A stretch of DNA of 64,000 bases from Amphiscolops sp. MND2022 (lineage: Eukaryota), in assembly GCA_964187785.1 (NCBI GenBank), contig OZ076409.1:80788001-80852000 (forward strand), written 5' to 3'. A program made the position numbers and the translations under genes. This document shows positions 60,701-64,000 of the stretch, in pieces. The notes beneath the pieces were generated by a model. That model made no database searches and was not told the origin of the DNA. It saw only the letters and a program-made list of their open reading frames with translations. Every line of letters starts with the position of its first letter. The stretch's first letter is position 1.

Positions 60701-60818
60701 CCATAGAGTGCCCAGTTAAGAATGCATCATAGTATTTGTGAGTCTTAATTTTTGTTTCAGCTTCCGAAACTCAGAGAATCCAGAAATATTCTTCAAAATT
60801 CGTCACAGAATCTCCATT
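51739..60818 (+). CDS. ANO: Anoctamin/TMEM16-family gene, N-terminal cytosolic part (continues past the window)
   Basis: Phase-compatible GT-AG exons: 51739-51934, 52390-52618, 52837-52969, 54034-54097, 56091-56254, 56664-56771, 57297-57326, 57474-57488, 57671-57816, 60761-60818 (381 codons). Anoctamin N-terminal motifs: YFVDGKRKIDFVI, RERYLAELEDQGVEIE, FYKLHITFPLLCDFAEEMNLRMPIK, FITVPF, IFFKIRHRISI. Exons 1-3 and the micro-exons are less certain. Confidence 0.85.
53442..53629. mobile_element. Small Mutator-like MITE
   Basis: Inverted arrays ggacattacgccc / gggcgtaatgtcc; flanks CATCAAAAT / CGTCAAAAG match at 7/9. Confidence 0.7.
54305..56019 (+). mobile_element. Solo-LTR-like element B (1715 bp) containing an ORF, in an anoctamin intron
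   Basis: TGTCG...TGACA termini; perfect 5-bp TSD TAACA (54300-04, 56020-24); first 19 bp identical to element A; TATATATA at 55302. Confidence 0.85.
55434..56027 (+). CDS. Element-encoded protein B, function unknown (195 codons inside the element)
   Basis: Intact ORF MPTTRKQKKARKSRGLEMLSDIENLDIMLG...QIQRAISDAISTQVLPQIQN. The stop codon comes from flanking DNA just after the TSD. Confidence 0.7.
   Translation: MPTTRKQKKARKSRGLEMLSDIENLDIMLGENHFNTREREGSLNSNLPRRSRTFASNESENEDGNIGRNQRNINSRTNTECDRNSVTGNSSAEINRLSSELNSRISREMDEMMNSVSVQIQRAISDAISTQVLPQIQNVIMAGSGHGTTKGWDVPSERPELISEVQRNLNAKNNLRNEQDENQSNNDYPDPNVHDIT
58854..59306 (+). mobile_element. HINE-like copy in an anoctamin intron
   Basis: Starts tttAGTCGGCGCttcatgaagtg; ends ccttagatatggcaccgtct + GCCGttccCGGC hairpin + ttatt. 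Older copies lie at about 3140-3630, 36380-36684 and 61069-61230. Confidence 0.7.
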
Positions 60819-61174
60819 GTAAGTTTTCAAAGAAGAAAATAAAGCCATTAAAATGAAATCTACTCAGTTCAATATTGAAATATGCATTTAAATAAATAAG
60901 TTTTCCTCTCCTTGTTATCATTTTAAACCGCAGACTAAAAATGATTTTTGACACGCTGGGGCTCAAAGTATTTAAGTATGGTAAACTTTCATCCTGGAGT
61001 TGGAAAAGTCGGAAGATGAGCCATCGATGACCAATTACCGTTGTAATTTTTGCGTTTAAGGAAGACTAACAAGACGGGAACGGCACTATACACAAGGCTC
61101 AAAAAGCGCAAAGTTTTGAAAATATGCTCAGGACTTTCCTAAATAAAAAACTCAAATAAAAGTGTCGAAACCTC

Positions 61175-61511
61175 AAAGGGCGTATCCCTTAGTCTCACCC
61201 GGTTTTATATGTAACGATAGAAGTGGAACAAGAAAAGGAGGGGCTGTGACAGAGTTTTGAAAATAGCAATAACATTGAAACTAAATTAGTGTTAGTATAT
61301 AACAACACCTGTCAAAAATGCTAGAATGAAATACATGACAAACTTTGTCATGTATTTCATTCTAGCATTTTTGACAGGTGTTGTTATATACTAACATTAA
61401 TTTAGTTTCAATGTTATTGCTATTTTCAGAACTCTGTCACAGCCCCTCCTTCTCTTGTTCCACTTCTATCGTTACATATAAAACCGGGTGAGACTAAGGG
61501 ATACGCCCTTT
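61175..61511. repeat. Near-perfect 337-bp palindrome
   Basis: 168-bp arms around a single central C (61343); 3 mismatches, all transitions. Confidence 0.95.
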
Positions 61512-64000
61512 CAATTTTTCTGCTTTTTCCTTTCAAAATTTGCTATCTCAAAACTAAATTTTTGAAAAATTTAGTTGCTGTTGCCTATGAATTGAGATTC
61601 AATTCGTAATACATTACTGTTTCCATTCTTTCAATTTTTCTTACTTTTCCTCATTGTAGTCTATATATAACATGGTGCTGCAAGGAACTCTATTGCGTCG
61701 GTGAAAAAAGAATCCTTCGTTGCTCTCGGGTCTGCCGCTTTTCTGGTCGGGCAATACAAGATCCCCGCTGATGGAATGGGAAAGATGGTTTGATCTGTTC
61801 GCCGTAGCAATCATGGCCTATATTTCAATCTCAATAGATGAGTTGACAAGAACCCCAGATGCGGACCATCCCAGATTAAAAGCATTAATTGAGGGTATGA
61901 CAGAAGATGCGGCGGAGAAAAAAGCCGTAACTTGGCAATTATTTTCGGTGGAATAACCCGCCATGAAGATGTTTAAGGATAAACATCCGGAGTTATCAGT
62001 CTGAAGATTGGGAGTTCGGGACATGATCGAGAGATGTAGAGACTGCTTCCATTTTGCACGTAACAGAACTCTAGATAGGCAAAAGTTTCTGTTTAGAAAA
62101 CGACAGAGTAACGAATCTCTACAACAATTCTGGCACGCACTCATCGGGTTGGCTTCCAGATGTGAATTAGGCGAAATCACCCAAACAATCGTGCATGACG
62201 TGTTCATTTTAAATAGGATCAACAATAAGGTCCAGTAGAAGTTACATGTAGAGCCCTTCAATGACCCTCAAGAAGCCCTGCAATATGCCATTTCCTATTG
62301 AAAAGGTGTCAAGAGACAAAAGACCATGGGGCTAGGAGTGGCAGAAAATTCCAAAGTGGCAATCAAGAGCAAACAGGTATGTGCTGGTATGTGGGTCGAC
62401 AAAAGAGAATGGTTTCGCTGTGGAGGAGGAAATTTTACAACAGACCACATAAAAAAATGCCCAGCTATAAAACACAAACGTGAATTCTGCGACATCATTG
62501 GCCATCTTGAAAAGTGCAGTAATCACGAATTCCACGAAAGGAAGAAACAGATGAATCAGGTAATGCAGAACAGACGGATAGGGGTGTCGCGAGTGAACTA
62601 CGTATCGAAGAGCAAGACGAAGGTAATGACGAAACAGTAGTTTTGCAGGTGAATCAAGCTGGAGCGAAACCATTCATGATATGAGGTCTTATGTGCGGAA
62701 ATATATTCCAGGCTATCATTTATACTGAGTTTCCTGTTTCTTTTTTCACAGTATGAGCTAGAAAGCATCATCGGAAAATAATGGGTAGTCGTCAGAGAGA
62801 TGATTGTTGATGAAAGATACGTGAACTTCAATAGACGCCCCTCGCCGCTGTTGGGATACAGATTCGTTTCGCGGTAGAGTAAACAATTACACTTGTTATT
62901 GACAGTAAATTAAAATTGAGAAGAAAGACGGTACTCGAGTCATTGAACAGAAAAGACGTAGAAGACCATTGCAACTGCAAGAACAAGGAGATAAAGAAAT
63001 ACAAAATGTATTAGAAGAAAAACATATTGAAAAAGTGAACGCCATAAAAGACGATGTTTTTATACAACTGGTAGTGATAACTGTAAAGAATGTCTGTTGG
63101 GTGAAAATAGCGCTGGATGCACGAGCACTAAATATCTCAATTGCAGAAGATAAGTATCAAATGCCGAACTTGATAAATTATTGGACATGACCGCAGAAAT
63201 ATCGGCGGAAAAGGAGGCCACGTATGGTGTACTTCGGCCGATATGAAAACTGCCTATGGACAGAAGTACTGCTAAGCATTACATTTTTCAAATTATCGGC
63301 TGAAAATCAACACGTACTTATCGATTCATATCGGGACATTACGGACTATCGATTATGCCGACCGAATTTCAGAAACAATTGGATATAACATTTGTGATTA
63401 TGGACTGTACATTTGTGTATATAGTAGATATTTTAATAGTTACAAAATGTGAAAAACTGTACATATGCTAAACGTTCGGGAGGTGTTAAAAGTGTTAGAT
63501 AGCGCGAATTTTCAATTGAGGGCAGATAAGAGTAAAAGAGCATGTACAAAAAGAGAAAGGTTGGGATACGAATTGTCAGGGGAAGGCATTGCCCCAGTAA
63601 ATGGCAAAGTGCAAGGAATAACCAGAAGACTGCGACCAAACAATTTGAGAGAGTTGAGATCATTCCTCGGAGTCGTTACCCAACCAAACAAATTCGTACC
63701 CGTTTTAGCTAACATTTGTGCATAGTTCAGATCGATTTTGAAGAAAGAAGCTGAGTGGGAGTGGACTCGAGGAGACGAAGAGGCATTTTTGAAAATTAAC
63801 CAAGAAATTTAAAAGGAATACCGGAATTGACACATTTTAAAAAAGATAAGAAATTGCGAATTATCTGCGATGCAAGCAAACAAGGATTAGGGGCAGTACT
63901 TCAGAAACAGCAACATAACCAAAGTTGGAAACCGGTGTCATTTGCGTCTAGATTTTTAACAAGTTTTGAATCCGAGTACTCGATTAACGAACTGGAATTA
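61382..64000 (+). mobile_element. Decayed Ty3/Gypsy element in an anoctamin intron (runs off the window)
   Basis: Candidate LTR TGTTATATA (61382) to TATATAACA (61672), then PBS TGGTGCTGC. gag (EWERWFDLF, RKRQSNESLQQF..LASRCELG, FRCGG..H...CPA..C..C...GH), RT pieces (VKIALDARALN..KYQMPN, ELRSFLG) and RNase H (IICDASKQGLGAVL, FASRFL). Many stops. Confidence 0.88.

Noticed and set aside
60934..60980. Candidate next anoctamin exon (ccgcAG...GTaaac)
   Set aside because: Has a stop in the required phase 0 and no anoctamin motif; the next exon is probably beyond the window.

Overview
AT-rich, intron-containing eukaryotic (metazoan-like) genomic DNA. There is no bacterial or CRISPR content. Two host genes lie on the + strand: a complete 14-exon EML/EMAP-family gene (10775-27597, about 846 aa) and the 5' part of an anoctamin/TMEM16 gene (about 51739 onward, continuing past the window). 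The rest is densely nested mobile DNA: internally deleted hAT elements and hAT MITEs (8-bp TSDs), Mutator-like MITEs and a MULE relic, TA-flanked TIR elements (one carrying a SET-domain fragment, one carrying a higher-order satellite), many Helentron/HINE-like repeats, a Copia relic and two decayed Gypsy elements. The most unusual signal is a pair of divergent TG...CA elements with perfect 5-bp TSDs (37136-38624 and 54305-56019). They look like solo LTRs, yet each holds a TATA box and an intact, conserved ORF of about 200 codons that runs off the element's 3' end in the same phase. Everything was read by eye and no database searches were run.
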